DNA of 63,968 nt, filler included, from Basidiobolus ranarum (GCA_040143965.1; 3 parts of 3 records of this genome joined end to end with filler, not necessarily neighbours in it); one strand, 5' to 3'; numbered from the whole stretch's first letter, positions 40,990-53,510 are shown. The notes: generated by a model not told the origin, from the sequence alone. Translations and numbers: made by a program.

Positions 40990-42208
40990 ATGAATTCCCG
41001 AGTGCAAACCGCGACCACCACGAACGAGCTGGACTCGAGTAACAGCTCTGCTGAACCTAGTGATAGTAGCCTCATTGACAGTTTCATGTTTGGCCTAACT
41101 AATCCTGGCAATGCCCTGGCCCATGTGCAGCAGCTGGCTGCTGCTTCCACTTCTAACAGTCTTAAGCGCAAACCGGACTTGACCAATAGCTTTTTGAACT
41201 CGTTATCTACCAAACAAGCCCGTAAAGAGACAGTTGCTCCGGCAACTCCTAACAACTTTCGCTTCTTGCCTCAGGATGATTTTGTACAGGTGGGTTGTCA
41301 CTGCATATACATACCAACACTTCTTTTTACAACGACAATTTCATACTGATTCTTGTTTTCGTGTTTCAGCTTTCCATTGATCAGAAGCTAAACGCCATTT
41401 ACTCGGCACTACGTGATATGAGTCAAACGAAAGCTGCTACTATGCAAAATACGCAATCACCTAATCCCTCTCTGAGTCTCGAATTCCATACAAGAAAGGT
41501 ATTACGCATTCATGTTCTCTTAAGTAACTCCAGGGCTTTAACAGTTGAAACGTTTCCTAGAATGATTTCACAAAATGGATCAAGATATGGTTTTCTCGCC
41601 TAAGAACACCGGTGTATTTAAAAAGTGAGGCATCGATTAAGGTATGGTTGCTGTTGATCTTTATAGACGTGTCATAAATACTTATATCTCTACCTTGCCT
41701 ATAGAAAGAAATCCTTCAGTCTGGGATCTTTTCCGGTCAAGAACTCGCACCAACCAATAACACCCGTTTCCAGAAAGAGCTAGTAACACATTTCCAGCTG
41801 AAGTTAAATGAGAATCGAGGTAATGCCAGGAAGAAGGTGCTGGGATTGAAGGAATACAAGAAATACCTCAATTGCACCACCAAGGCATTGGCCGAGTTTA
41901 TCTTCTCAGACGTCCCAATCACGGAAGAGCAGCTGAAGAAAGCAGCTCTAATGGTAGGTCCCAGTTCCGGAGAAACTATTGTCATTTGATTGTTACTAAC
42001 TACTGAATGGTGGATAACGTATTAGCGTCAGATAGCTATCAAGCATGGATACATGACAGATCCAACTAAAGACGAAAATTTCTGGACCACTTTTCACGAA
42101 ATCCACACTAGTATCTGCAACTCGGAGAAATCGAACGACATTTTTGAAACGATATTGATCGAAGATCAAAGTCAATTCTGTGGCCTGGATAAATCGCATA
42201 CCGCATAG
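40990..42208 (+). CDS. Hypothetical spliced protein (about 5 exons), no recognised family
   Basis: Exons join in frame through GT-AG introns: ...FLPQDDFVQ|LSIDQKLNAIYSAL...HTRK|NDFTKWIKIWF...IK|KEILQSG...AALM|RQIAIKHG...SHTA*. Confidence 0.65.
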
Positions 42209-42540
42209 ACCATACAATGTTAACAACCTCAATCCCGCCAGTTCCACTGCCCCCAAGCCCAAGCCCATATAGACTTTTCGCTTTATATTCCAACTCACTT
42301 GTCAACACAAACGTTACTTTCTGTGTATAATCTGTAATATTTTGCTCACTTCTTCACACCTAATGCGTTTAACAACTTGTGACTGTCAAGATTGTTAAAT
42401 AAACTGCCGAAAGATTGTTTGCTGTTGAAAGTAGGTTTAGGGAGTTTAGGTGGCTGTAGGTAGATTAAGTGGTATTGACTTTATTAATCATAAAAACCAT
42501 GTACAAGCATCTATAATCAGAGAGTATCGCGTGCAACAAA

Positions 42541-43506
42541 CTAACGACGACGATAACTTTTCCTAATGTTATTATCATTATTTTCATCTGCAATCTCGGC
42601 CGACCGTTTCTTCTTTTTGGCACCATCATCCTCTGGTGGGATGAAACTGAACACATATGTTCTAGGGTTTTTACTAGTTATTTCTTCATTATCTCCCACA
42701 GAGAGACCTTCTTTGAATCCTAATGTACGACGATGTTCGTATCCAGGATATTTTTCCGGTAAAAATGGGAAACTTGTCTTTGTGATTAGGCTGTTATTGG
42801 TACTTGATTTTGCCAATTCCTTGATATTCCACAAGTCGTAGGGCTTCCCGGTTTTAAGTGCCAAGTGAATCTCTCCATTGGTAGGATCCCCATTTTGGCA
42901 GGAAGTTAAGAACTTCACAGCGGAAGCAAAGAAATCTCGTACCAATACTTGGTTGACTCGAATGTTACGGTCTTGATCTTTAATACCTGCACCTATAATT
43001 ATAGAATAAGAGTTCATGTTAGCTATTAGTGTTGGATTTGATCAAGTCGAAGACAAACCATACATACCAGCATGTGGAAAGTTGAACACTATTCTGGTGA
43101 ACTTTTTCCCCTTGATTTCCTTAACCTTATCCAATTGAGTTCCATCTACCTCATATAGAACAATACCACCGGTTTCCTTGAATTCATTGATCAATTTTTC
43201 GGCGTCGTCGTACTTGCTCTTGACCACTTCCTCGGAATCTAAACACGTAGCGATAATGTTGCTACCTATGTCGAGGGTTTTTCCGAGTGAGTTGGCGAAA
43301 CTAAAGTTTCCTTCACCTATTAAGAGTATTGTGTCGTCTAGTGAGTAAGGGAAGGGGACAGCCTTTATGTTTACAACTTTCTTTGGCTTTTCTTTCTTCT
43401 GGCTCTCTAATAATTGGTGTTTTTTTATCTTGTCTGCTTTGGCCTTTTGGTCGATGAACCTATTCAAGGCAGCTTTGAGGTTCTTTTTTACTGGTTTAGG
43501 CGGCAT
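42541..43506 (-). CDS. BMT5: 25S rRNA uridine-N3 methyltransferase Bmt5-like (DUF2431), 2 exons (intron 42993-43067)
   Basis: ILLIGEGNFSFA, IVFNFPHA|GAGIKDQDRNIRVNQ, PYDLWNIKELA, YPGYEHRRTLG. Confidence 0.88.
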
Positions 43507-43755
43507 GTTCTACAATGTATGTATAATCGAAAGGAATGATCGGCTAACATCAATGGATAAGTTGAACTGGTAAATTCGGAAATTTTTTCTTTTTTTTTTC
43601 TCTTGTTCTAGTGTTCATATAATAGAGTGTAAAATTGTCGAATATATTTATTGATTTCATGAACTTTTAAAACCAAATGGAGAATGTACAAAGTGTTTAT
43701 GAATAGCCCTGATAATAAAATCTCAAAATAGATCAATCTGTTCCTGAATCAACTA

Positions 43756-44898
43756 TTACCAAAGTTTACTTGCTGCTGACCCAACCCCGCTTGCAAAGCT
43801 GTTCAATGTGGAACCCCATCCAGATCCGGAACTAGAATATTTGTCACTGGAACCGTAAAAATCGTCGTATTCTTTGTTAGCCGAACTACTTGACCCATCT
43901 GAACTCGTCTTTTTGCTAGACCCAAATAAGCTGGAGTCATATCCAGGCGTAGAGGTCGAACTGGCACTGTAAGGATCGGATTTTGTTGTTTTATCAAATA
44001 AATCCGACTGGTAGTAATCGCTGGATTTATCTTTGCTACTACTACCGCTAGAACTAGCACTAGCACTGGAACTCGCACTTGCACCAGTTGTACTTCCAGA
44101 TGCGGTACTATTCGACTCACTATGACTAAGAGATTTGGCCCCTTTCGAATTATGCTTTTTAGCCTTTTTATCCACGCCTAGGGATGTATATGTATCAGAA
44201 GAACTATAAGCAGTGCTGGGACTGTGACTTCCACTTGCCGCATAGGCATTTGAAGAGCTACTGGCATGACTGTCTAAATCACAGTCTGACTCTCCGTCAC
44301 ACTCATCATCATGATTAGAAGGATCGCGTCCTTTTTTCCCATCGGCATATCCTTCTTCATAACCTTGCACCTTACCTTCCTCTAAACCCTCTTTATAGCC
44401 ATCTTCCCACTGATCATCATTATCATTGCCTTTGTTACCCTCGTCATCACTATTATCATCATCATCCTCCTCTCCAGCACTAAAATCACTCCCTTCATCG
44501 TCGCTCAACTCACCATTACCATCGTCGTCGCTTAACTCGTCATTCCCATCATCATCGCTTAATTCGGTATTGTCATCATCGTCACTATACTCACTGTCGC
44601 CATCATCATCAGTGTCGGGCCCACCGTCAGATCCTCCATCATCACCGCTGGGCTCATCGTCACTATAGTCGTCGTCAGAATATTCATAGTCCTTCTCACA
44701 CTCTTTACCATCACCGTCACACTCACCAGATACTTGTAGCTCAGTTTTTGTCTGGTTAGACACATTGACGGTAGCGGATGCTGAGGAATCACCTTTTTCA
44801 TAGATATTCAGATCATTCTTATCATTGGAATAGGGAAGAGCACGACTTACGGATAGTAAACTCAACCAAAATAGAGCAAGTGGAAGATTAGAATGCAT
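43756..44898 (-). CDS. Secreted acidic/Ser-rich low-complexity protein, paralog of 29081-30643
   Basis: 380-aa intronless ORF; signal peptide; Asp-rich tract; WEDGYKEG..GYEEGYADGKKG; SDPYS; C-terminal GWGSTLNSFASGVGSAASKLW. Confidence 0.85.
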   Translation of the reverse strand: MHSNLPLALFWLSLLSVSRALPYSNDKNDLNIYEKGDSSASATVNVSNQTKTELQVSGECDGDGKECEKDYEYSDDDYSDDEPSGDDGGSDGGPDTDDDGDSEYSDDDDNTELSDDDGNDELSDDDGNGELSDDEGSDFSAGEEDDDDNSDDEGNKGNDNDDQWEDGYKEGLEEGKVQGYEEGYADGKKGRDPSNHDDECDGESDCDLDSHASSSSNAYAASGSHSPSTAYSSSDTYTSLGVDKKAKKHNSKGAKSLSHSESNSTASGSTTGASASSSASASSSGSSSKDKSSDYYQSDLFDKTTKSDPYSASSTSTPGYDSSLFGSSKKTSSDGSSSSANKEYDDFYGSSDKYSSSGSGWGSTLNSFASGVGSAASKLW

Positions 44899-46757
44899 CG
44901 TTGAAGTAGTGCACCTTACTTAATTAGGATTCGGAATGATTTTCAATTAGAAAAAAAAAAGGAAAATACTACTTTATTTAAAAAATGGAAAATTTAAATA
45001 CTCTAAATTCAGAATGGGGCGTAATAGAAAACTAAACCCATTTTTGAAACGTTGTTACAGATTTACTTGGGCCACTTTCATGTCATAGTTACGAAAATTT
45101 CATCGCTAAGTCGGTGGTGAGTGTCCATATGCGAAATGTTGACAGTAATCTAAATTACTCTGCATTGATTTAGGAGATACGTTTTATCACTACATCTTCA
45201 CCCATAAACAAAAGTGACTTGATGTGCTCTTTTGAAGCAGCCCTTTGAATGCTATTAAATTCAGAGCCTTCCGCTCACTTGGATTTAGACTAATGGTAAG
45301 CTAGAAACGTCACTTAACATATCACGTTTAGTAATGTATTAGCCCAATTCCGTTCCAAATGTAACATAGTGGATTCATATCGATCAGACAGCACATGTTA
45401 TGATGTCCTATATTTGCACCCCACTAATGAACAGCATAGATTCTGAAGATAGTGCACACTATTTCAGGTTTAACATTTAGGCAGCTGATATAGTCTAATT
45501 AATGAACCTGTGATTAAATTCAACAAACTTTGTCGATAAAATGGCTACTGAGTAATGCATTGCTATTGGTGCTACACAAGCCTTGGCCTTGTTTAGCATT
45601 AGAGATATTGCGATATAATTGTCGAACACCAACTCGCCCAAACAATCACGTATAGCTACAGTGCACCTTCTATACTCCAACCTCGCCTAATCTCTTTCAA
45701 TCTCCCCTAATATGATTGTGACTCCTACAATTAGAATTTACGAGTAAAAGCAGATCTAGATTGGTCAGTAAATTAGAATGAAACTGGGCGATCATTCTCC
45801 GACTGAAACATTTGCCCTAAGAAGGAATGGGTCTTTGGATACTGAAATGTTTCAGTTGCGAGGGCTAAAAATAACTCAAGGCTGAAGAATCAGAAAAATG
45901 GGATTGAGTCAATGGTAGTTCGCTATACTCATAACACTTAGCACTTTAGCACCTAAACCCTAGAATACCCTCCATCACAGGATGACAAGTAAAAGTGATT
46001 TGATGGGTTGTGCGGCTACGGGGTAAGTTAGAATGATTGTTCGTAAAAATCATCGCCACCACTGTAATAGAAACGCCAAGTAGCAATTGGATAAAATCTA
46101 TTTATGAAATTCCCGACTTTCTAAAATTGGGAAATTTTGGGACGAATCAAATGGAGTTCCCAATAAAACCGAGATTCCCAACTTGGATTAAGGAAATTGA
46201 TCATGCCCCTCATGGGAGACACCGTGGAGTATGGCGAAAATATTTCGTATCAAACAGAGATAAGGGTTTGAGCTTCTGATCTCCTCACAATCGAAGCCTT
46301 TTGGCTACATTGCATTTTAATGATTTATGGTTGCTTAAGTGACTCATTGTGTATAAATCACCAATCGGGTATACGCTATGGGTGGACAAATCGGCTAAAA
46401 TTGTAAGACAACAATGTTGTTGATATTGAACGGATAAATCAAAATCAATATAGATTCCAAGCTCAATTTGGTCTCCGTTTCTCTCCTATTTGTGCGTATT
46501 CACACCAAGATTAACGTTTAGGGATTCATGTGGGGCAAGGGCTCAGGGGAGTCCATCTTATATAAAAAAGCAGTTACCCAGAGGTACTCTTTTTGGTTAA
46601 TTTTATTGACTTTCTTATAAACACAAGTCGCGAGCTTTCATTCTTCTATGATGATGTGTGATTCAATTACGAAAAAAGACTCTATTTCTATTATTCCTTC
46701 AATACTCACGTGTGAGCGCGAACATCTGGAACCCTTATCCACCGTCAATGAAGTTAG

Positions 46758-46857
46758 NNNNNNNNNNNNNNNNNNNNNNNNNNNNNNNNNNNNNNNNNNN
46801 NTTAATTAATTAANNNNNNNNNNNNNNNNNNNNNNNNNNNNNNNNNNNNNNNNNNNN
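46758..46857. other. Assembly gap with artificial six-frame stop linker
   Basis: N44-TTAATTAATTAA-N44. Confidence 0.95.
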
Positions 46858-47010
46858 GGATTTGGTCGCCAATATGAAGATGAAGAGCAATATCCACATA
46901 GCCATCATCATGGTCGTGGATTTGGTCGTCAATATGAAGATGAGGAGGAGCAATTCCCTCGCAGCCGTCGTTACGGTCGTGGATTAGGCCGTCAATACGG
47001 AGAATATTAA
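46858..47010 (+). CDS. 3' end of a tandem-repeat protein (GFGRQYEDEEE..PRSRRYGRG units); 5' part lies in the gap
   Basis: Open frame from the gap edge: GFGRQYEDEEQYPHSHHHGRGFGRQYEDEEEQFPRSRRYGRGLGRQYGEY*; AT-rich 3' UTR-like sequence with AATAAA follows; paralog at 63744-63968. Confidence 0.7.
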   Translation, partial: GFGRQYEDEEQYPHSHHHGRGFGRQYEDEEEQFPRSRRYGRGLGRQYGEY

Positions 47011-48382
47011 TAGTAGTATTCACCTTATCTGTTATTAAATTTCAATTGGAAGTATGAGTTGTAACAAATAAATATTGCAAACTTTTTATTGCAAGAATTT
47101 CAGTTTCTAATGTAAAAAGTAAACAATGAATAAAATGAAATTTTATCTAAGATTTGCTACATCGATTTTTTTTACACTGGATACTCTGTAGTAAATCACA
47201 TTGACTTTTTCTAGACTGGAATGTTGTGAAAATAGCAGTTAATGAAATACGTGTTGTTTAAATATTGAATGTAGGCTACAGTTGAGTAACACTAATTTCA
47301 CCACAACTATGTATTTGAAGTAGCAAATTTATATCAAAGTCGAATAGTTCTAGAGAGGAGCACCAGAATGTACATATACCAACAGCAACTGTTAATACTT
47401 TGGAATACAGAAAACGCGTCGTTAGCTGTGGCTATAGTAATAATAGTGGAATGATCAGGGGAGAATAATTTTAAACTGGTGATATCGCTAATGAGAGAAC
47501 CAACTATTTTTTAGTGTAATTACCTACAAAAAAGAAGTATGTGAATGCGCTCCTGAGTTCAGGTACTGTATTATAAATTTTGAATCACTCCTGACGAATG
47601 TGTTTTGAGCATATCTCATTAGAGTGACCCAAGATATTTAACTGGAATATCAAAGGAAATAAAAATTCAATAACGATCAGGATCGAATCGGATCGGATGT
47701 ATAATCATAATAATATGGGGATCTAGTATTCTACCCCTTAATAATATTGTGAATCTAAAGGAGCTAACCTTGCCCGTCAAGCTCTCAGTTAACCTGTGAA
47801 ATTAGAAAACTTATTCCAGCCATGATGCTCTTTCTTTACTTGACTCCCCCGCCTACCATATTGACGACTTACATTTGCTTAATCGGCGCTCTGACTTCAG
47901 CTATCCACGTCAGTGAAAATGGCGGGAATTTTAAAAGCAGTCACCATTCTTACTCCTACCAATCATACCTTCTATCATAAAAAAATTTATATTGAGCCTA
48001 AACCTGCACAATATCACATTTGCCCAGTGTAATTTCAGAATAGACAATACTCATATCTAAAAACTCTCATTAGTCTAGAAGGTCAGGGTGTCAAAAGCAC
48101 ATCTAGAAGAGACAGTGAAATAGGAGTACATTCAAGTTATTTCATTTTAAGCTTCTTGGCAAGAAGAACGCTAATGGCAGCATTAATTGTCACCGCAAGC
48201 CAATCCATTTGCATAGTTGACAGTGATAGAGTGACTTGAAATTGCGTCGCGAGAAATTGCCTCATTGACGTGGACCAGTGAAATCGGATCAGATATTTAC
48301 TCCAAGTGTACATAGAATGGTGACTACACTCCTCATAAATACTATATAACTCTAAAGGATCCCTTAGGCACGTAGTATTACC

Positions 48383-49516
48383 ATGAAACTAATTGTCATT
48401 TCAAGTTTGTTACTGAGTGGCGTATATTGTCTACCGTTCCAGCACTGGTATCCATTAAAACCGCAAGGTGTCGAGCATTGGCCTTTCGAACGGATCTATG
48501 AGAATCACCCCTCTAATACACTAAATCGGCCAGTTCACACTAATAAAGCGGGTAACATCTTCGATGTATTAAGCGGTGATAAACGTTTCGTAGAATTTAT
48601 GAAAATCATCAATGGCGATGAAGAGTTGAAAAATCATCTTACCAACAGCGATCAAAAGATTACTCTGTTTGCCCCCATAAACAAGGCATTCGATAAAATC
48701 CCAGGGGGTGGGGATGATGATGATGATGAGCCTCCCCCTGAAGAACTTAGGAAATTGATCTTGTATCACACTCTCGTGGACCCTTTGGATTCTGATAGTC
48801 TGGCAAAATCCCATGTGTTGGATACCTTTTTAAAACTACCGGATCTAAACGATAGAGCACAGGTGGTTCGAATAGGCCTCCACTCAAAAGATTTGTATGT
48901 AAATCATGGTAAAGTGATCGCCAAGGATATTCAAGCTAGCAATGGTATAATTCATGCCGTGGATCAAATCCTTCTTCCACCTTTTCCGATCTTCACCGAA
49001 TTAAACATGGTACCTACCATTTTCAGTACGTTCACATCTGCAATCCATCTAACCAATATGGGGGACGATATACGAAATGCCAAAGGAGTTACTCTCTTTG
49101 CCCCCATAAACAAAGCTTGGGAGAAACTTGGTTACCAAAAGCTTGCTTATTTATTCTCACCTAAGGGACAATCAGTTCTTCGAAGCATTCTCGAGTATCA
49201 CATCTCGCCAAACCTAGAGTACACTAGGGATATATTTAAGGACGGAAAAGAAGTTACTCTACGTATTCCCACCTGGAATGAGGCGGCAGAGGTTGAAATA
49301 TCTGGACATCTTGGTAAACATCGTGCTAAGCTACAGGTGAACGGTGAAACCAAAGTACTCTTCACCGATGTATTGGCTAGAAACGGCGTAGCACACATTA
49401 TTGATCAAGTGCTGGTACCACCAAAGAATAATCCAAAGTATACTCTAGTCAATGAATTCCTCAACGCTATGGAGGATGATTTTGATATTGCTGAATTCGA
49501 ACCATTTCACTATTAA
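48383..49516 (+). CDS. Secreted fasciclin (two FAS1 domains) protein
   Basis: Signal peptide; two sets of TLFAPINKA (H1), ILxYH and NGxxHxxDQxLxPP (H2) motifs. Confidence 0.92.
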   Translation: MKLIVISSLLLSGVYCLPFQHWYPLKPQGVEHWPFERIYENHPSNTLNRPVHTNKAGNIFDVLSGDKRFVEFMKIINGDEELKNHLTNSDQKITLFAPINKAFDKIPGGGDDDDDEPPPEELRKLILYHTLVDPLDSDSLAKSHVLDTFLKLPDLNDRAQVVRIGLHSKDLYVNHGKVIAKDIQASNGIIHAVDQILLPPFPIFTELNMVPTIFSTFTSAIHLTNMGDDIRNAKGVTLFAPINKAWEKLGYQKLAYLFSPKGQSVLRSILEYHISPNLEYTRDIFKDGKEVTLRIPTWNEAAEVEISGHLGKHRAKLQVNGETKVLFTDVLARNGVAHIIDQVLVPPKNNPKYTLVNEFLNAMEDDFDIAEFEPFHY

Positions 49517-49586
49517 GCAGAATGCCTACTCCAACTGCTTGGATGTTTATTAAATAAATGTATTTACACAGCAAGACCCACTGCTT

Positions 49587-50544
49587 TTAAAATGACTTTT
49601 GTCCCCAAGTGTGATAGGCAAAGCCATATGTTTTATACTCAAAGCACTCAGATTGGAAATCTTCAAGCAACTGATCTACCTTCTCTCCCGTCATTCCGGA
49701 AGCGGCAACAAACAAAGGTTTCATGGCACCAAAGACCATAGCAAGATCTTTCACCATGAACTTGTCGATCTCACCACCACTGATACCCATCGGCGAGATA
49801 TGGCGTGAATGATGAACATTAATTAATCCACCCTGCTTCACAAAATTCGGAATTTCTTTCACGACATAAGGATCGATTCCTCTCTTCTTCATGAAAGCGG
49901 TGAAATATGGCTCTAGACGTTTCCAAGCCGGTCCATAGTCTCTGAAATAAATATCTGTCTCAATGATCTCTACCCAGCCACCAGGTTTAACCACTCTAAT
50001 CAGTTCCTGGCACAGTTTTGGCCACGCTGAAGCTGGCATGCCTGCGACAAGTAATCTTTGGAATACGAAATCGAATGTATTATCTTTATAAGGGAGTCCT
50101 TTCATGATGTCGGCTTGTTTGAAGGTGAAATTTGGGAATAGATTTTCGGCATCAATCCCATCGTTTATGTCAACACCATCAAACAAGGCATTGGGAAACT
50201 CATTGGCCATATCCTAAGAAATGTAGATCAGTATCGAAGTACTCAATGGTATATGAATGTCTTTCGCAATCACCTTGCACCAAATTCCAGTCCCACAGCC
50301 AACATCTAAGATTCGGGTGATATTTTTATCAATCGGCGCGCCATAATTACCTTTACGATAGTAACGGATGATATAGTGTTGAAGATTCAATCTACACAAT
50401 GAGGAGATTAAACTACGCATAAAATGTGACCAAACTGAATGGGCCAGCTTACCTGCTGAGTTCTTCTAGATCATTTGGTAACACATACGGGGCTTCAGTG
50501 TTGTGAAAAGTGCGCTCGTTAGGCTCAGTATTATCGGAAAGCAT
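49587..50544 (-). CDS. Class I SAM-dependent methyltransferase (LaeA-like family), 3 exons
   Basis: YVLPNDLEELSR|LNLQHY, ILDVGCGTGIWC, GLPYKDNTFDFVFQR, ELIRVVKPGGWVEIIE. Confidence 0.88.
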
Positions 50545-51844
50545 GAGGAAGATTATTAACTGGATGAAGTTTATTAACAGCTAGTATTCACGCTTATATA
50601 CCTCTAGAGCTGGCTTAATTGTTGCGTATCTTTACCGCTCGCTCGATCCACAAATGTCGAACAAGAGATTGTATTCACACAGTATTACTTATATTAAACC
50701 TTGATCTAGATATATATTTGTGGCGAATCTATCACTAGCACATTTCCAATTCCAATCATCAGTACATCTTCCATTTCTTGAGGTAACACCTATTCACAAA
50801 TGATAGTTAATACCTGTTGCCTAAAGGACTATTTGTCTCGGGATTTCAATTTCTCCTTTACAGCTACTAGAGCGTAGGGCATACTGTATACCATACCACA
50901 AAATGATTACAGAAAGATGTAAATGAACATAGTAACATATCTAGACTGAAAATGAAACTCCAACAAGAAACATTGTGTAAGCAACAGACGCCAATTATTC
51001 CAATTCTGTGCTACTATAGATCATCATAAGCTAAAAGCCCATTCCCATGATGTCACCTATCGTTAACCCTAAGCGACGAATAGATTTCTCTATACTATCC
51101 ATTAGATATCGTTTATTGGATATTTAATCCCTCTTGCTAGCATTCAGTGAAATTGGTTTAGCTCTATAACTGCCAATCCTAGTCTTAACCTAAACCTTTG
51201 ACTATCTAGATTTACTCTTTATCTACTGGATTAAGTATTAATACTCATGTCGAAGATGGTCAGTAGGGTTGTGCTCCTAGGATGCTAATAAACTGGAGGA
51301 AAAACTGGACTTTTAAAAGGATGTTTTGATTTTGGCTTTTCAATGATTTACGAAACAAACACGAACTATGAATAGCTAGACACTTAATTCTAACATTTTA
51401 ATAACTCTGCAATTCAATACTTTTGCCTGAGGTTGTAAATCATCTACTGGTTAGCGATGAGAATGACCTTTCCCACTTCATAAGTGATTTGATAGACACT
51501 TCTTCTAGCGACTTCGATGATTAGAAAGATAAATTGATACACCAGACTGTTGGACATCTACTACACATCATATATTCACTTCACTAAAGAGGATTGTCTC
51601 CACTTAGTAATTATCTGATGTAGTTGGATATGTGTAGTGATATACTTGAAATATCCATGGTACTCTATGTTTATTCACCACCCTAGAGAGTTGATTTTCT
51701 TGCACATTTCATTGGTATTCACTGGCTAAGAATATAGAACGATTTTACACGTGCACTCATGACTGATTCTGCTTATTTTTTTCCAATGACACCAACTTTG
51801 CATCGATGCTATGATTCAACTTGATATGTGACACGTACCCTAAG

Positions 51845-52080
51845 CAGTAGTGAAGTATTTTGGGTGTTGTTGGAAGTGGTTTCACTATGTTAAAGTATAG
51901 AAGCCCCAAATTTTGCACACATATTTTTTGGACCTTTCTTAACACATTCTACACGTTAATTTCCTTACATCCTGATAAAACTATAAATGTCAACTTTCAA
52001 CTCAATAAATCAATAAGTGAAAACCACCAACTCTTCTAGTTCGACAAACCACTTCCAACAAACTCCCAAAATACTTTAAC
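51845..52080. mobile_element. MITE-like non-autonomous DNA element with ~30-bp imperfect terminal inverted repeats
   Basis: Left AAGTATTTTGGGTGTTGTTGGAAGTGGTTT versus right AAACCACTTCCAACAAACTCCCAAAATACTT; internal part repeated at 24815-24999. Confidence 0.65.
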
Positions 52081-52691
52081 AAATTCCTCATAAAGATATT
52101 GAATGATAACATAGTGAAACTTAGATAGCTAACTATCCATGTATTGTAATTGGCCTTAAAGTAATTTTGTTGACTAAAACTAAGTTATGTTAATGAAAAA
52201 CATTTATATATAAACACAATATGCTATAGTTGAACTATTTTCTTGTGTCACTAAAAGAATACCAACGAATAGCCACCTCTATTAGCTTAACGGAGGAATG
52301 TTCGTAAGTAATAAGGCAATAACGAAGAGTCTTTCATATATCGAGTAAATTTGAATACCTCATATGGCGCGGCAAGATTAATGGGTTTTCTACAGATACT
52401 ATAGGGGTATGCAAAAGTGCATCGGGGTGCCGACTACATAATTATTGAAGGCAAGCTAATTATTATAGGTATAATAAGGCGAGTAAGGAAGTTCATCCGT
52501 CCGTATTAGGCTACAATATATGTAAGTACCCCTTGGTCGGAGACAATTTAGAATTATGGATTGCATTCAACTCCACACCGTTCCAACCTGACTTGACTGG
52601 TAAGAAATGATTTATAAAGGACGACTTCAAAGATTTGTAAGACATCCATCTTCTAGAAAGCCAATACAGCTGACTTTACTACCTACTTAGA

Positions 52692-53510
52692 ATGTCATCC
52701 ATAATCAAGGTTTGCATATTTTCAATTCGAATATCTCCGAAAGTTTATTAACCGCTCAGCTTTGCTTTTTCACAGACCTATCTTTTCCTTCTGATCTCAT
52801 TTGGTGGACTCAGTCAAATTACCCAAGGTTGTACTGAGATGCGTGAGGATTTCGAGGGAGGAAGCTCTGCCATGACAATTCGAGGTGATCATTCTTTTGA
52901 GGGCGGAAATCTTGTGCTAAAGCTGACCCAAGAAGAAGGTAAACTTAATGGAGTGGGTTCTCAAGCAACTACAAACGAATACTTCCAATATGGACGCATT
53001 AACGCTCGCTTAAGAACCGCCGGAACCAATGGAGTTGTAAGTGCCATGTTCACCATGGCTGATAACAAGGACGAGATTGATTTGGAGTGGCTTGGTGGCA
53101 ATTCAAGAGAATTGCTAAGCAATTACTTTTATCAAGGAGAGCTTGTATACACCAACAATGGAACTCATGTTGGTGCTGACAGTTCGAAAGAGTTTGTTGT
53201 TTACTCTTTGGATTGGAAAGAAGATTCGCTTTCTTGGTTGATTAATAACAGAGTCGTGCGTACATTGAAGAAAAGCGATACCCTTGATCGCAAAACGGGA
53301 GTGTATAAATACCCATCTAATCCTACCCGAATTCATTTCTCAATTTGGGATGGTGGTGATAGCACTGAAGACGGAACTAGCGAATGGGCCGGTGGGCCAG
53401 TTCCCTGGAACGATCCCGCAATCCATGATGATGGTCGTCTGGACATGAAAATTGATTACTTGGAAGTAAAATGCACCCCTAGTTTGAGAAGACGTACTCT
53501 ACGCTCCTGA
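52692..53510 (+). CDS. Glycoside hydrolase family 16 (Crh-like transglycosylase), secreted, one 5' intron
   Basis: MSSIIK|TYLFLLISFGG signal; YFQYGRINARLRTA, catalytic DEIDLEW, YPSNP..FSIWDGG..WAGG; no Ser/Thr stalk or GPI signal visible. Confidence 0.9.

Noticed and set aside
45802-45856. 12-bp inverted repeat ACTGAAACATTT/AAATGTTTCAGT
   Set aside because: Single short hairpin with no other support for an RNA gene or element
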